Positions 11,178 to 21,876 of a stretch of DNA of 42,175 nucleotides are shown here, one piece after another (positions within the stretch are counted from its first letter, which is position 1; each line of letters starts with the position of its first letter). Below the pieces are notes generated by a model. The model was not told where the DNA came from and did not search any database. It was given only the letters and a program-made list of their open reading frames with translations. Both the position numbers and the translations under genes were made by a program. The DNA comes from Limisphaerales bacterium (lineage in GTDB: Bacteria; Verrucomicrobiota; Verrucomicrobiia; Limisphaerales; SIBE01), in the NCBI GenBank assembly GCA_044225505.1, contig JBGAIN010000059.1, positions 1 through 42,175 on the forward strand, read 5' to 3'.

Positions 11178-13340
11178 ATGCGGCAGGTGATTCGAAAGGG
11201 AATCAAGGACATCATTGTCGATGAAGTTCCGGATCCGGTGGCGTCGCCCCATCACGTACTGATCCGTCCAGTGTACTCGTTGATTTCGAGTGGGACTGAG
11301 ACGGCGAGCATCCATGCGGAAGGGGTTCTCAAGGAAGTAAAGGACAACCCGTCCCACATCGGCAAGGTGCTGAACATCATGAAGCAGCAAGGACCGGTGC
11401 GCACTGTGGCGGAGGTGATGGCCAAATTCTCGGAGTACGCGGTAATCGGGTACTCGGGAGCCGGGTTGGTGGCCGAAAAACATCCCACGGTGAAGGACCT
11501 GGAGATCGGCGATCGGGTGGCGTACGGAGGAGAAGGAACCGGGCACGGTGAGATGATCGTGACGGGACGAAACCTAGTAGCGAAGCTGCCCGATAACGTC
11601 GGTTTTGATGCGGCGTGTTTTGCGACACTCGGCAGCATTGCCATGAATAGCATTCGCACCGCAGGGATCGGCCTGGGCGATTCAGTGGCGGTGATCGGAC
11701 AAGGACTGGTCGGACAGTTGATCGGGCAATTGGCTCGTCTGCAGGGTGGGGTGGTAACGGCGATCGATCTGCGAAGCGAACGAGTGGCCCTAGCCAAAAC
11801 ATTGGGTGCTCAGCACGGGGTGGCGGGCGAGGGCGTGGTGGAAGGCGTCATGAATGTGACGAATGGCCGGGGCGCGGATGTGGTGATCATCGCCGCCGCG
11901 GCTAAATCTGACGGGCCGTGCCGGACCGCGCTGGAGATCGTGCGAGACCGGGGCAAGATCGTAATTGTGGGGGCGGTCAACGTCACCTTCGACTGGTACG
12001 CCGCCTATTTGAAGGAAGTGCAGGTGTTGATGTCTCGCGCGTATGGTCCGGGGAGCTACGACCCGGTCTACGAGCGGGAGGGACGGGACTATCCGCTACC
12101 GTATGTGCGGTGGACGGAAAACCGAAACATGGAAGAGTTCATCAGATTGATCGGCACTGGGCAGGTCGACGTGGCACCGCTGGTGACGCATCGCTTTGCT
12201 CTGGAAGATGCGCCAGAGGCATACCAAACCATCATGGCGCCGGGGTCGTCGAGTCTGGCGGTGCTGCTGAAGTATCGGGAAGAGTCGCAGGCCCCACCGG
12301 CCAAGCGGCGGGTGGACCTCGTGAAAGGGTCGCCGACTGCCGACGGGTCAACGCTGGGAGTAGCGCTGATCGGGGCGGGCGGGTTGGCGCGCTGGGCTCA
12401 TTTGCCGGTTCTGAAGGAGATTTCCCAGGCGAAGATGCGGGCCGTGCACTCCGCCAGCGGGGCTCGTGGCAAAGGTTATGCGTTGCGTTGGGGCGCGGAC
12501 TATTGCACAACGGATCTTGAGGAAATCTGGCGTGATCCGCAGGTGAAGGTGTGCATCATTACGAGCCGGAACCAGCATCATGCCCGGCAGACGGTGGCCG
12601 CGCTGCAGGCGGGCAAACACGTGTTTGTCGAGAAGCCGATGGCGTTGACGTATGAAGAATGCGAGGCGATTTCGCGGGCGGCGCGGGAGTCCGGGAAGTT
12701 GGTGACGGTGGGGTTCAACCGGCGATTTGCTCCTTACTATTTGGACCTGAAGAAGCAATTGACGAAGCGTTCGAGCCCGGCCGTGATTTCCTGCCGGGTG
12801 AACTCTCCCGGAATTTCAGGAGCGTATTGGATGGCCGACCCGGCGATCGGGGGGGCGATTCTCGGCGAGGCGTGCCACTTTGTGGACTTGTTCTATTGGC
12901 TGCTCGAAAGCGAATGCGTGAGTGTGAGCGCGTATAATCTGCCTCGGGGCGAGAAAGAGCCGATTGGCGAGAATAGCATGACCGCGTCATTCCGTTACGC
13001 AGACGGGTCCATCGCCTCGCTGGCCTATTCCACGATGGGGACGTCGACGTCAGGCGGGGAACTGGTCGAGGTTTTCGCGCAAGGCGTGGGCGCGGCGGTG
13101 GAAGATTTCAAGCGGCTGACGATCAAGGGAAAGGTGCCGCGCACCTGGAAAAAAATGTGGGCGGCAAAAGGCTATGACGTGCAATTGAAGGCTTTCTTCG
13201 AGGCGATCAAAACCGGAAGAAAGCCGGAGGTAACCGAGGTGGACGGTATTCGAGCAACGGTGGGTTGCTTGCGGATGCTCGAATCGGCGAAGGATCTGGA
13301 GCCGAAGCCGATGGGCTTCGAGGATCTTCTGGGCGGATGA
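11178..13340 (+). CDS. Bi-domain oxidoreductase (MDR alcohol-dehydrogenase-like fused to Gfo/Idh/MocA)
   Basis: SLISSGTE, GYSGAG, VIGQGLVGQL, YGPGSYDP..YVRWTENRN; then IGAGG, GKHVFVEKPMA, VGFNRRFAP, GEACHFVD. Confidence 0.88.
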   Translation: MRQVIRKGIKDIIVDEVPDPVASPHHVLIRPVYSLISSGTETASIHAEGVLKEVKDNPSHIGKVLNIMKQQGPVRTVAEVMAKFSEYAVIGYSGAGLVAEKHPTVKDLEIGDRVAYGGEGTGHGEMIVTGRNLVAKLPDNVGFDAACFATLGSIAMNSIRTAGIGLGDSVAVIGQGLVGQLIGQLARLQGGVVTAIDLRSERVALAKTLGAQHGVAGEGVVEGVMNVTNGRGADVVIIAAAAKSDGPCRTALEIVRDRGKIVIVGAVNVTFDWYAAYLKEVQVLMSRAYGPGSYDPVYEREGRDYPLPYVRWTENRNMEEFIRLIGTGQVDVAPLVTHRFALEDAPEAYQTIMAPGSSSLAVLLKYREESQAPPAKRRVDLVKGSPTADGSTLGVALIGAGGLARWAHLPVLKEISQAKMRAVHSASGARGKGYALRWGADYCTTDLEEIWRDPQVKVCIITSRNQHHARQTVAALQAGKHVFVEKPMALTYEECEAISRAARESGKLVTVGFNRRFAPYYLDLKKQLTKRSSPAVISCRVNSPGISGAYWMADPAIGGAILGEACHFVDLFYWLLESECVSVSAYNLPRGEKEPIGENSMTASFRYADGSIASLAYSTMGTSTSGGELVEVFAQGVGAAVEDFKRLTIKGKVPRTWKKMWAAKGYDVQLKAFFEAIKTGRKPEVTEVDGIRATVGCLRMLESAKDLEPKPMGFEDLLGG

Positions 13341-14455
13341 GTCAGCGCCCGATTCGTGTGTTGTTGATTGCTCCCTCATTGCACATTTTGGGGGGACAGG
13401 CAGTACAGGCCAAGCGGCTGTTGGAGTGGTTGGGAAGCCGGCCGGAGGTGTCGATGGGCTTTCAGCCGATCAATCCCAAACTGCCTGGGGTGCTGGTTCG
13501 CTTGCAGGAAGTAAAACTGCTGCGGACGTTGATTACGGCGACGCTGTATCTCTCCATGATGACGGCGCGGGCTTGGCGCTACGACATTCTGCACGTCTTC
13601 ACGGCATCGTATTGGTCGTACACGCTGTGGAGCTTGCCGGCCTTATTTTTGGCGAAGCTTTACGGCAAGAAGATTATCCTCAACTATCGCGACGGCCAGT
13701 GTGAGGATCATCTCGAGAATTGGAAGAGCGCGGTGCCGACCATCCGGATGATGGATCGGGTGGTGACACCGTCGGCCTACCTCGTGGAAGTTTTTCGCCG
13801 GTTCGGGATTGCCGCGGATCATATTTCGAATGTGATTGATGTGGAGCCGTTCCATTACCGGCAGCGGCGAAAGCTCCGCCCGTTGATTCTGCACAACCGT
13901 ATTCTGGACTCCCTCTACAACATCCGTTGCGCCTTGCGGGCCTTTAAGCGGGTTTTGGGGCGTTATCCGGAAGCGACGCTGACGTTGGCTCATGACGGGC
14001 CGCTACGCGGAGAGTTGGAGGCATACGCAGAAGAAATCGGGCTGCGGAACTATCGCTTTATCGGCAAGGTGCCGTACGCGAAGATTCCAGCGCTCTACGA
14101 TGAGCACGACATCTACATCACGACCCCGGATACGGATTGCTTTCCTGGGTCGTTGCTGGAATGTTACGCGAGCGGTATCCCGGTGGTGGCCACTAAGGCG
14201 GGGGGCATTCCGTATATCGCGGAACACGAAAAGACGGCGCTCCTGGTGGAAAAGGATGATGATGCCGGCGTGGCGGCGAACGTTTGTCGCTTGCTGGAGG
14301 ATGAGGCGCTCGTGGAGCGTATGACCATGAATGCTCGGGCGGCTACGGGGCTTTACCTTGGGCAGCAAGTCCGGGATGAATGGGTGGCGATGTACCGAGC
14401 CGTGCAAGATAGGGCGCAACTGACCACTTGCGCTGACACAGGGAAAGGTCAATAA
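13337..14455 (+). CDS. GT4 family glycosyltransferase
   Basis: ATG 13337 overlaps the previous TGA (ATGA). Motifs GGQAVQA and DCFPGSLLECYASGIPVVATKAGGIP. Confidence 0.88.
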   Translation: MSQRPIRVLLIAPSLHILGGQAVQAKRLLEWLGSRPEVSMGFQPINPKLPGVLVRLQEVKLLRTLITATLYLSMMTARAWRYDILHVFTASYWSYTLWSLPALFLAKLYGKKIILNYRDGQCEDHLENWKSAVPTIRMMDRVVTPSAYLVEVFRRFGIAADHISNVIDVEPFHYRQRRKLRPLILHNRILDSLYNIRCALRAFKRVLGRYPEATLTLAHDGPLRGELEAYAEEIGLRNYRFIGKVPYAKIPALYDEHDIYITTPDTDCFPGSLLECYASGIPVVATKAGGIPYIAEHEKTALLVEKDDDAGVAANVCRLLEDEALVERMTMNARAATGLYLGQQVRDEWVAMYRAVQDRAQLTTCADTGKGQ

Positions 14456-15615
14456 GAGTAGCGCGACTGTCCTCGAGCTACCAGCGGTTTTTCGAAGTAC
14501 TTCCAGGAAAGACTGGCGGCCACGAAGGTGAGGGCGGCAGCCAGCCCCGTGACCAGCGCGGTCGAGATGCCATGAATCACCGGCGGCGCCCTAAAGACCA
14601 AGCCATGTAGCAGCGAGTTGATTCCCTGATGGAACATGTATAGCCCGTAGGCCAGAAGGCCACATCGCTGGATCAACGGGTGATTGAGTAGAGCACGGAC
14701 GGCGCGATCGGGCTGAACAACGGCGAGAATCAGCCAAGTGCTATAAAAGAGGGCCAACCAAGTGTAGCCGATCGAATTCATGATCCGGCCCTGGCTATGA
14801 GACCACAAGAAAACAACTCCCCCGGCCAGGATCGCGAGGATTGAATATACATAGCCGCGGCGGCGGACCAACCACTCCCAGGCTGCTTGGCGGCGTAACA
14901 GCAGGGCACAGAGCACACCACATCCGAGCGAGTCGGCGCGGCACGGCAGTAAGGTGTAGGGTCCGTAATATTCGTTTCCACTCCAATAGATCGCTAGGCG
15001 AAGGACAGGAGCAGCGAGAATGGCGCCGATTATGAACTTCGCCAGATTGGCAGGACGAAGGATTCGCACAACGAGAGGCAAGATCAGGTAGAACTGTTCC
15101 TCGACCGCGAGCGACCAGGTCATGCCCAGCCACTCGGCTCCGAAACGCTGGCGGACGGCCATGAAGATGTTCTGTACGTAGAGCGGATAACTCCACCAGG
15201 GCAACTCCTGGTTGAATAACTTACTCAGATAATCGGGGAGCGGGAGAGCGAGCGCGATGCCGAAGGTAGCTAACCAGAGATAATAGAGAGGAAAAATCCG
15301 GTGGAGCCGACGCATGTAGAACGTTTTGAAGTAGCGCGGAGAAGAGCGTGCATCGAGCAAGATGCCGCCGATCAAGAAGCCGGATAGGACGAAAAATAGA
15401 TCGACGCCACTCCAGGCAATCTGCAGCGGTAACATCAAGCGAGCGCCAAGTGAGCCGGGAGCCGGCACGACGAGGCAGGCGATATAGTGCCATACGATAA
15501 CGAATAAGATGGCCAAGCCACGTAAGCCGTCGAGTTCCGAGATGCGCCCCTGAAGTCTGGGGTTTTGCCATTCCTTCAACGTAGCGGGAGACGGCAGATT
15601 AGACAGGCGACTCAT
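14449..15615 (-). CDS. Acyltransferase family 3 (OafA-like) membrane O-acyltransferase
   Basis: LDGLRGLA, GVDLFFVLSGFLI, RRLHRIFPLY, WSLAVEEQFYL, SWKYFEKP. Confidence 0.92.
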   Translation of the reverse strand: MSRLSNLPSPATLKEWQNPRLQGRISELDGLRGLAILFVIVWHYIACLVVPAPGSLGARLMLPLQIAWSGVDLFFVLSGFLIGGILLDARSSPRYFKTFYMRRLHRIFPLYYLWLATFGIALALPLPDYLSKLFNQELPWWSYPLYVQNIFMAVRQRFGAEWLGMTWSLAVEEQFYLILPLVVRILRPANLAKFIIGAILAAPVLRLAIYWSGNEYYGPYTLLPCRADSLGCGVLCALLLRRQAAWEWLVRRRGYVYSILAILAGGVVFLWSHSQGRIMNSIGYTWLALFYSTWLILAVVQPDRAVRALLNHPLIQRCGLLAYGLYMFHQGINSLLHGLVFRAPPVIHGISTALVTGLAAALTFVAASLSWKYFEKPLVARGQSRYSY

Positions 15616-15636
15616 TGCATTCCCAGGAACTGGTTC

Positions 15637-16970
15637 TCAGGCGGGGAGAGCCATTTTCCGGACGGCATCGCGCCAACCAAGGGGATAGTGAGTCGGACGG
15701 GGATAGTCGGCTTGGGCGAGAACGGTAGTAGCCGGGCCGGTTCCCAGATCGCCGCAGACCTCCACGGCCGAAGCAGGAAACGTGGTCAACGGCCAGCGAA
15801 AACGGCTAAAGGCTTCGCGTGTGATCGGAAGCCGATGTGGTTCATAGCCAAGGAGATGACTGCCAACGAAGTCCACCGCCGCGGCATTGCTGCCGGCCAG
15901 CAGGAGACCCATGGGTAGCGGTTCAGGGGAAAGCGGACCATTGCCTTCTCCTCCAACGACGGCATCAACAATGTGCACGACACGGCTACGGGACGCGGAA
16001 CTCATGGACGCATCCGGTTGACCATAGAGAAGGATGCGGTTCAAATCCAGGCAGGTGCGCCAGATGGTGTCATTGCCAGACCAGGAGCCTTCAATCCCGA
16101 GCCGATCGCGCTGGAACCGGGACAGTCCGAGCGTCAGGGAATGCCAAGCTGCCTGCTGAAGCCTCGAATCGGTCATGTTTTGCTGATCGTGAATCTCCTC
16201 GAGCCACTCCTTCACAACGCTGCGGCCCGGGTAGCAGTCACCTCCCGTGAGGGCGCCTCCCATTCGATGATGCGGCAAATACTCTTTGTTGCCGTTGATC
16301 CCGATCAGGTTCTTCAAGGCGCAGGTGATGCCGGCTTTTTTGTGGGTCTTAAGCTTCGGCAGATTGATCACGACATCAGCTTCGACGATTTCCCGAGCCA
16401 CCAGATATTGGTGCCTACCGGCAAAGTGAGTCTGCTGCATGGGTCGCGGGTCATACCAACAGACGCGGAACGGATGCGCCTCATTGACCACCTCTTCGAG
16501 CAAGCTGTCGCCAGCCAAATCGAAGAGCACATAGCGGTCTTCACTTTGCTTGTTCTGCTCGGCGGTTCGCACGCCCCCGGTCATGACGCACGTGGTGCGG
16601 CGGAAGTCGCGGATGCCGGCAAAACGCGGTTCACGAGCCGCGAGATCGGCGGCCCAGGCGCCGAGACCAGTGATATTTAAAAGTTCGTCGAAGTTGCAGC
16701 AATGAGCGTGGGATGAGTGACGAGTTCCACCCAACCGCCTCCGGTCCGTTCATTGCGGTGGAGCACTAGGTTCGGTTTCACCAGGACATGGGCGTTGGGA
16801 GCCACGACCTCTGCCAACGGACCGCGGTCGCGATCTGTCCAGCCGAGGTTGTCCGCCAAGCGCTCCAGCGCCGCGGACATCTGAGCCAAGTCACCGCCTA
16901 GCTCCGGATAACGGACATTGGGGCCAAGGCGGGCGATGGAAATGCGGTGGTCTTGGATCGGCGAAATCAT
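15637..16970 (-). pseudogene. DUF362 family protein, frameshifted with an apparent internal deletion near 16693-16700
   Basis: The 5' ORF (16970..16677) has VLVKPNLV..VTHP. The 3' ORF has ADVVINLPKLKTHKKAGITCALKNLIG, DAVVGGEGNGP and AVD. The frames switch at GCTGCAAC. Confidence 0.78.
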
Positions 16971-18295
16971 AACGAGGCGACGTCCGAGCGGGTGAAGCTA
17001 TGCTTGCCAGCGCGGGAAAGCGGGATCTGGTTGGTCTCCTTGACGTCGACATGGACAACCCCCGGCGCGAGTCGCTCGACTTCCGCCACAGCATGGCGAA
17101 TGGCCGCCTGGCGACCCACCTCGCTCCCGGCCCCCGGCACAATCCAGAGGGTAATCGATTCGGGACTCGTCTGATGGAATTGGAAGCTATCGACGCCTTC
17201 GCTGCCATACATGAGATGCGTGAAATACTCGCCGTGCACAACTTTGTTTCCGGGGAAAACGAAGTTGTCGCTGACGCGAGAGATTTCAAGACGCATCAAG
17301 GGGAATCGGTTACCGCACGAGCAACTCTCACGACTCAAGCGGCCGGCGTCATCGTTGCGGTAGCGAATGAAGGGCATGGCGTAGTTCCAGAGCGAGGTCA
17401 GGACAAACGGCCCAGGCTCGCCCGGAGCCGTCTCCGGATGCGGTTCAACCAGGACGAAGTCTGCGTTGATATGCATCTTTCCTTGCGGACATTCAGTGGC
17501 AATGTTTTGAACTTCGCTACTGCCGTAGCTGTCAAAAACGGGGCAGCCGAAAACCCGCTGGATTTGGGAACGCTGTGGAGCGTAGAGTTTCTCGGCTGTG
17601 GTGTAAGCGCCTTTGATGGGCGGGACGCGTTCGCCTCTTTCCTCGATATGGCGCGCAAAACGGGCCACCGTAGAGGCGTATCCGAGGAGCGCAGTGGGCT
17701 TGAGGCTCTTCCATTTACGAATCCATCCATCCATCTCATCCGGGCCCGACTGGAAGGGGTCGAATTGATAGAATCGGCGGATCTGCTGCCGGAGTTCGAA
17801 CTCAAAGCCAGACATGGCTGCGTGCTTTTCGTTGAATCCCCAGAAGAACGCCACCATGTCCCCGGGCCGCCAACCGCATTGGAGGAGATTCCGGTACATG
17901 CCTGCATCGGAACGATCCATATAGAGTTGTTCGCGGAAAAATGAGAGAGGAACGCCGGTAGATCCACCACTGAAGTGTGGGCGCAGAGAACTCTTGAGAA
18001 CATCTTCTCGTAGCATGCGATCACCCTGGGTACGGATGATGTCTTTGGTGAGAAGCGGAAGGCGAGCAAAGTCGGCGAGGGTGCGGATTTCGTCGGCCCG
18101 TATCCCGAGGTCGCGAAACAGATCCCGGTAGTACGGGACCTTTGCCTCGGCGTGAGCCAACAGACGACGGAGCAGTTCGAACTGATGGGCGAGCGGGTCA
18201 CCGGTAAAAGGGAGGTGCCGGATCTCGTCCAGAAGGCGAAGACTCTGCGAGCTCCGCGCGCGGTGAGTGAAGTTGAAAAGGAGACGACCGATCAT
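16967..18295 (-). CDS. Phenylacetate-CoA ligase-like / CapK-like adenylate-forming protein
   Basis: VPYYR, LPLLTK, SGGSTGVP, DSYGSSE, TSLWNYAMPFIRYRNDD. Start at ATG 18295 or TTG 18370. Confidence 0.85.
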   Translation of the reverse strand: MIGRLLFNFTHRARSSQSLRLLDEIRHLPFTGDPLAHQFELLRRLLAHAEAKVPYYRDLFRDLGIRADEIRTLADFARLPLLTKDIIRTQGDRMLREDVLKSSLRPHFSGGSTGVPLSFFREQLYMDRSDAGMYRNLLQCGWRPGDMVAFFWGFNEKHAAMSGFEFELRQQIRRFYQFDPFQSGPDEMDGWIRKWKSLKPTALLGYASTVARFARHIEERGERVPPIKGAYTTAEKLYAPQRSQIQRVFGCPVFDSYGSSEVQNIATECPQGKMHINADFVLVEPHPETAPGEPGPFVLTSLWNYAMPFIRYRNDDAGRLSRESCSCGNRFPLMRLEISRVSDNFVFPGNKVVHGEYFTHLMYGSEGVDSFQFHQTSPESITLWIVPGAGSEVGRQAAIRHAVAEVERLAPGVVHVDVKETNQIPLSRAGKHSFTRSDVASL

Positions 18296-18406
18296 AGGGT
18301 AGTGGCAACGCTCCAGGGGTAGCATGCCGCATGGGAGCGATGGTGCCACGACGCGACCCGCCTGGCCCAATCCTTTTGTATTCTAACAGATCAGCCCGGT
18401 TGAGCC

Positions 18407-19531
18407 TTAGCCGGACAGCAGGTCCGAGTAGAAGGTCTCCATGCGATCGCAGTAGTGCTGCATGGTGAAACGAGACAGGGTGAGGTGGGACGCGTTGGCA
18501 CCTAACTGAGCGCGGAGAGCAGGATCACCTACCAGGCGGTGCAACTGGGCGGTCAGATCCGACTGACTCCGATTCTCAAAAAGCAGCCCAGTTTCACCAT
18601 GCGTAATCAGCTCGGGGATGCCTCCTACGCGAGTCGCCACCGTCGCGCAGCCGCTCGCCATCGCCTCCAGCACGGCGTTGGGAAACGCCTCCGAAAACGA
18701 GGGCAGGACGAAGATATCCAGAGCACGATACCAGCGCTCAACGTCCTGGCGAGCCGGCACAAACGTGGTGTCGGCAGCGATGCCGAGCTCGGCGGCTAGC
18801 ACCTGCAACTCCTGTTCGAGGGCACCACTGCCGACAACCAGCAACTTGAGCGGCACGGACGGCTGCATCCGGCGGAGATCCGCAAACGAGCGTAACAGCA
18901 ACGGGATGTTCTTTTCCAGACGTAGAACGCACACCGTGCCAATCAACAGGTCTTGGGGCGTGAACTGGGGGGGGCGCCATCGTTCCTGGGGCGAGCGCGC
19001 CGGATGGAATACGCTTGGCATGAACCCGTTGTAAGAAAGAAAGATCTTGCGCTCGGCCACGTTCTCGTCCTGGACCAGATTCTGGCGCATGGCATCGCAA
19101 TTCACCACAATGCGGTGGGATAGACGATCCGAAAGCCGGCCAAGCATTCGGTCTTTGGTGGAGACGAGCTCGCGATGACCGAGATGGCTAGTCACAATGA
19201 CCGGCGTACGACTGAGGCGGCCAGCGATCGAAACAAAGATGCTGGTGGGGAGGTCGTAAGCATGCACCAAGCGGATGCCCTTTTCGGTTACGTAGCGCCG
19301 ATACTGGCTGATGCCGGTGAACAATGAGCGGTCTCGGAAGGAGCGCACGTTAAAGCGGCTGACGGGCACACCGGCCGCGCGGATCTCCTCTGCCCGGTAG
19401 CCTTCGTGAAAGCAGGCAACGTGAGGCTCGAAGCGGGTACGGTCGATCGTGAGGGCGAGCTTGGTCAGATCTCGCTCGCAGCCGCCGCCCACTGCGAGCT
19501 CGCGAACCATCAGCAGGATCGGTTCAGGCAT
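18407..19531 (-). CDS. GT4 family glycosyltransferase
   Basis: GGGCER, DIFVLPSFSEAFPNAVLEAMASG, TRVGGIPE. Confidence 0.92.
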   Translation of the reverse strand: MPEPILLMVRELAVGGGCERDLTKLALTIDRTRFEPHVACFHEGYRAEEIRAAGVPVSRFNVRSFRDRSLFTGISQYRRYVTEKGIRLVHAYDLPTSIFVSIAGRLSRTPVIVTSHLGHRELVSTKDRMLGRLSDRLSHRIVVNCDAMRQNLVQDENVAERKIFLSYNGFMPSVFHPARSPQERWRPPQFTPQDLLIGTVCVLRLEKNIPLLLRSFADLRRMQPSVPLKLLVVGSGALEQELQVLAAELGIAADTTFVPARQDVERWYRALDIFVLPSFSEAFPNAVLEAMASGCATVATRVGGIPELITHGETGLLFENRSQSDLTAQLHRLVGDPALRAQLGANASHLTLSRFTMQHYCDRMETFYSDLLSG

Positions 19532-19534
19532 CCG

Positions 19535-20311
19535 CTATTTCACGCAAACGAAGGTCGTCACCTCAAAAAAGGTGAGTACCAAGTTGCGGGCAATCGGGCT
19601 GGCCTTAGCGAGCTGAGCCAGCTTGCGTTTTTGAGGATGGGCAATACGCTCCGGCCGAAAGAGAGCAACGCGGTCGTGGACTTCGCGGAAACCGATCTGC
19701 CGAAAGGCTTTACGGAGCCCACCGTAAGTGAACTGGTGAAAGTCAATACCGTTCTTCATGATGTCGGCGCCGTGAATCACTTTGCGCAGGTTGTAGCGTC
19801 CCCAATTGGGAAGCCACCCGTAGCAGGGCATGGAGGGCAATTCGCCGGACGTGATGCTCCACTTGTTGGTGGATTCAAAAAACATCAGCCCTCCGGGCTT
19901 GAGGGCGCGGTAGATGGTGCGAAGACCGGCCTGCCAATGCTCCACGTGCTCGAAAACGGAATTGGCGATGATCACATCGTAGACATTTTCACCAAGGTCC
20001 GCGGTCTCGATGTTGCCAACCTCAAGGTCGGGCTCGACGCCATAGCGACGGCCATAGTCGCGCCCTGCAGCCACGAGCATCGGACTGATCTCGAATCCTT
20101 TGCAGTTGAGTCCCCGCATTTTGGCGAGCGTCGGCAACCAGCCCATACCGGTACCAACCTCAGCCATTTTCAGGCTGCCGTCGATCTTGCGGAACTGTTC
20201 CAGGTAAAAAAGGATGCCGTCAAACTGAGGCTCCTTGTTGCGGATATCTTCGCCTTGGCGCCGCTCAATGTACCGAACGACGTCGGAAAGAGCTTCGTGA
20301 TGGATTTCCAT
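19535..20311 (-). CDS. Class I SAM-dependent methyltransferase
   Basis: Motif I AEVGTGMG, YDVIIANSVFEHV, RALKPGG. Start at ATG 20311 or TTG 20326. Confidence 0.88.
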   Translation of the reverse strand: MEIHHEALSDVVRYIERRQGEDIRNKEPQFDGILFYLEQFRKIDGSLKMAEVGTGMGWLPTLAKMRGLNCKGFEISPMLVAAGRDYGRRYGVEPDLEVGNIETADLGENVYDVIIANSVFEHVEHWQAGLRTIYRALKPGGLMFFESTNKWSITSGELPSMPCYGWLPNWGRYNLRKVIHGADIMKNGIDFHQFTYGGLRKAFRQIGFREVHDRVALFRPERIAHPQKRKLAQLAKASPIARNLVLTFFEVTTFVCVK

Positions 20312-20426
20312 GAGGGGAGCGGTCAACTCATTGTATCAGTGGGGTGAAGGCCCCGGCTCACGCGGCGCCCTCGCCGAGCCGCGATGAACGATTGGCGGCA
20401 GGAAACCGATAGTATAGGAGAGGCGC

Positions 20427-21863
20427 ATGCAAACATCGACGTTCACCCCTCCCCCGGGGAATCGGTTCGGGCCGGCCCTGGCGGCGAGTCCTGGAACTGA
20501 TCCAACCCCGACTGCGACAGGTGCTCTGCCTGCGTCACCGCAACTGGCCGCGGGAATCCTGTTTCTGATTCTCGAGCTGTTCGTCCTGCAAACCCGTTTT
20601 TTTGATTTCGTTCTCTCGGGTTTTCGCATTCCGATGCTCGTGTTTATCCTGCTGACGGTGTCCCTACTGGCCGCCCTGGGCTCTCAGACCTGGAATTTTT
20701 CGAAGCGAACAACGGTTCTGATGTTGTTGCAACTGGGCTGGATGGCCTTTGCCACGGTTTTTAGCACTTGGCGGTCCAATAGCGTGGCCGTGCTCACCGC
20801 CTATCTCTATCTCTCGATTGTAGGCGTGGCGATTATCGTCTTGATCGACACGCCACGGCGGCTGATAAGGATTTTGACTTTGTTCGGAGTTTTTTCCGCG
20901 ATCCCGGCATTCATGGGCTTCGTCTGGGGACGCTCGGACCTCCCTCGCCTACAGCTCCTGATGGGCACTTACTCAGATCCCAATATTTACGCGCTCAGCA
21001 TCGTGGCGGGCATTCCCGTCGTGTACTGGATGATGAACTCTTCCAATGTGCTGATGCGCTTAACGGCTCTTACCATGAGCTTGGCGATGTATTGGATTGT
21101 ACTGAAGACAGGCTCTCGCGGAGCTTTTATCTCGCTCACCATAGTTTTTCTGTTCGTCCTTTATCACGCGTCTCTACTGCGCAAAATGTTGATGGTGGCG
21201 GGCGTCATTATCGGGATTTTCATCGCTTCGATCACCCTGTCAACCTACTCGAAGAATCGCCTCTTTACGCTGTTTAAGTCGGATTTGAATCAAGAAGAAC
21301 TGCAGTCGATGTCCGAAATGGAGCGCAATGCCGTAAGCGGCGACGTTGGATCTTCCGAAAGCCGTTGGCAGTTGCTACTCGACAGCCTTGAGCTTACGGG
21401 CAAGCATCCCCTGGTCGGGGTTGGACCGGGCAATTTCGGCGATGCACGTTGGCAAATGCATTTGGCGCGAATTGGAAGAAACATCGCGGCTCAAACGACG
21501 CACAATACCTACACCCAATTCTCTAGCGAGGCTGGCATCATCGGCCTTTTGATCTTCCTGGCGCAGATCATCGACGCCTTCGGCAATCTCAAAGCGATAC
21601 GGAAGTGGAAAAGCGCGGATGGCTACCGACCGGCACCGACCTATCAGGCGGCGGCGCATTACCTACGCTTGTCTCTGATTAGTCTTTGCGTCGGGATGGC
21701 GTTTCTGAGCCTCGCTTACAGCGGACCGTTCTGCATTATCGTGGGACTAACGCTGGCTCTGCGAAACACGGTCGAAAAAGAGTGGATGCGTTATCGGGTA
21801 GCACAGCAGGAGACGAATCCGATGGTCCTCGCAGTGCCGGCGGGTTCTGTGGCGCGAGCTTAA
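20427..21863 (+). CDS. wzy: O-antigen ligase/polymerase family (Wzy_C) membrane protein
   Basis: RBS AGGAGAGG, many TM helices, DPNIYA, TGSRGAF, HPLVGVGPGNF, THNTYTQFSSEAGIIG. Confidence 0.8.
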   Translation: MQTSTFTPPPGNRFGPALAASPGTDPTPTATGALPASPQLAAGILFLILELFVLQTRFFDFVLSGFRIPMLVFILLTVSLLAALGSQTWNFSKRTTVLMLLQLGWMAFATVFSTWRSNSVAVLTAYLYLSIVGVAIIVLIDTPRRLIRILTLFGVFSAIPAFMGFVWGRSDLPRLQLLMGTYSDPNIYALSIVAGIPVVYWMMNSSNVLMRLTALTMSLAMYWIVLKTGSRGAFISLTIVFLFVLYHASLLRKMLMVAGVIIGIFIASITLSTYSKNRLFTLFKSDLNQEELQSMSEMERNAVSGDVGSSESRWQLLLDSLELTGKHPLVGVGPGNFGDARWQMHLARIGRNIAAQTTHNTYTQFSSEAGIIGLLIFLAQIIDAFGNLKAIRKWKSADGYRPAPTYQAAAHYLRLSLISLCVGMAFLSLAYSGPFCIIVGLTLALRNTVEKEWMRYRVAQQETNPMVLAVPAGSVARA

Positions 21864-21876
21864 AGCCCTCTGCGCT

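Noticed and set aside
17000..20347. Long antisense ORFs (17000..17944, 19406..20347; likewise 35525..36433)
   Set aside because: They shadow well-supported genes on the opposite strand, have no motifs, and are expected in GC-rich DNA.
20385..20412. sigma28-like promoters (TGAA-N16-ACCGATAG before wzy; TCAC-N15-GTCGAAAA before fliW)
   Set aside because: Weak matches to TAAA-N15-GCCGATAA that cannot be distinguished from chance.
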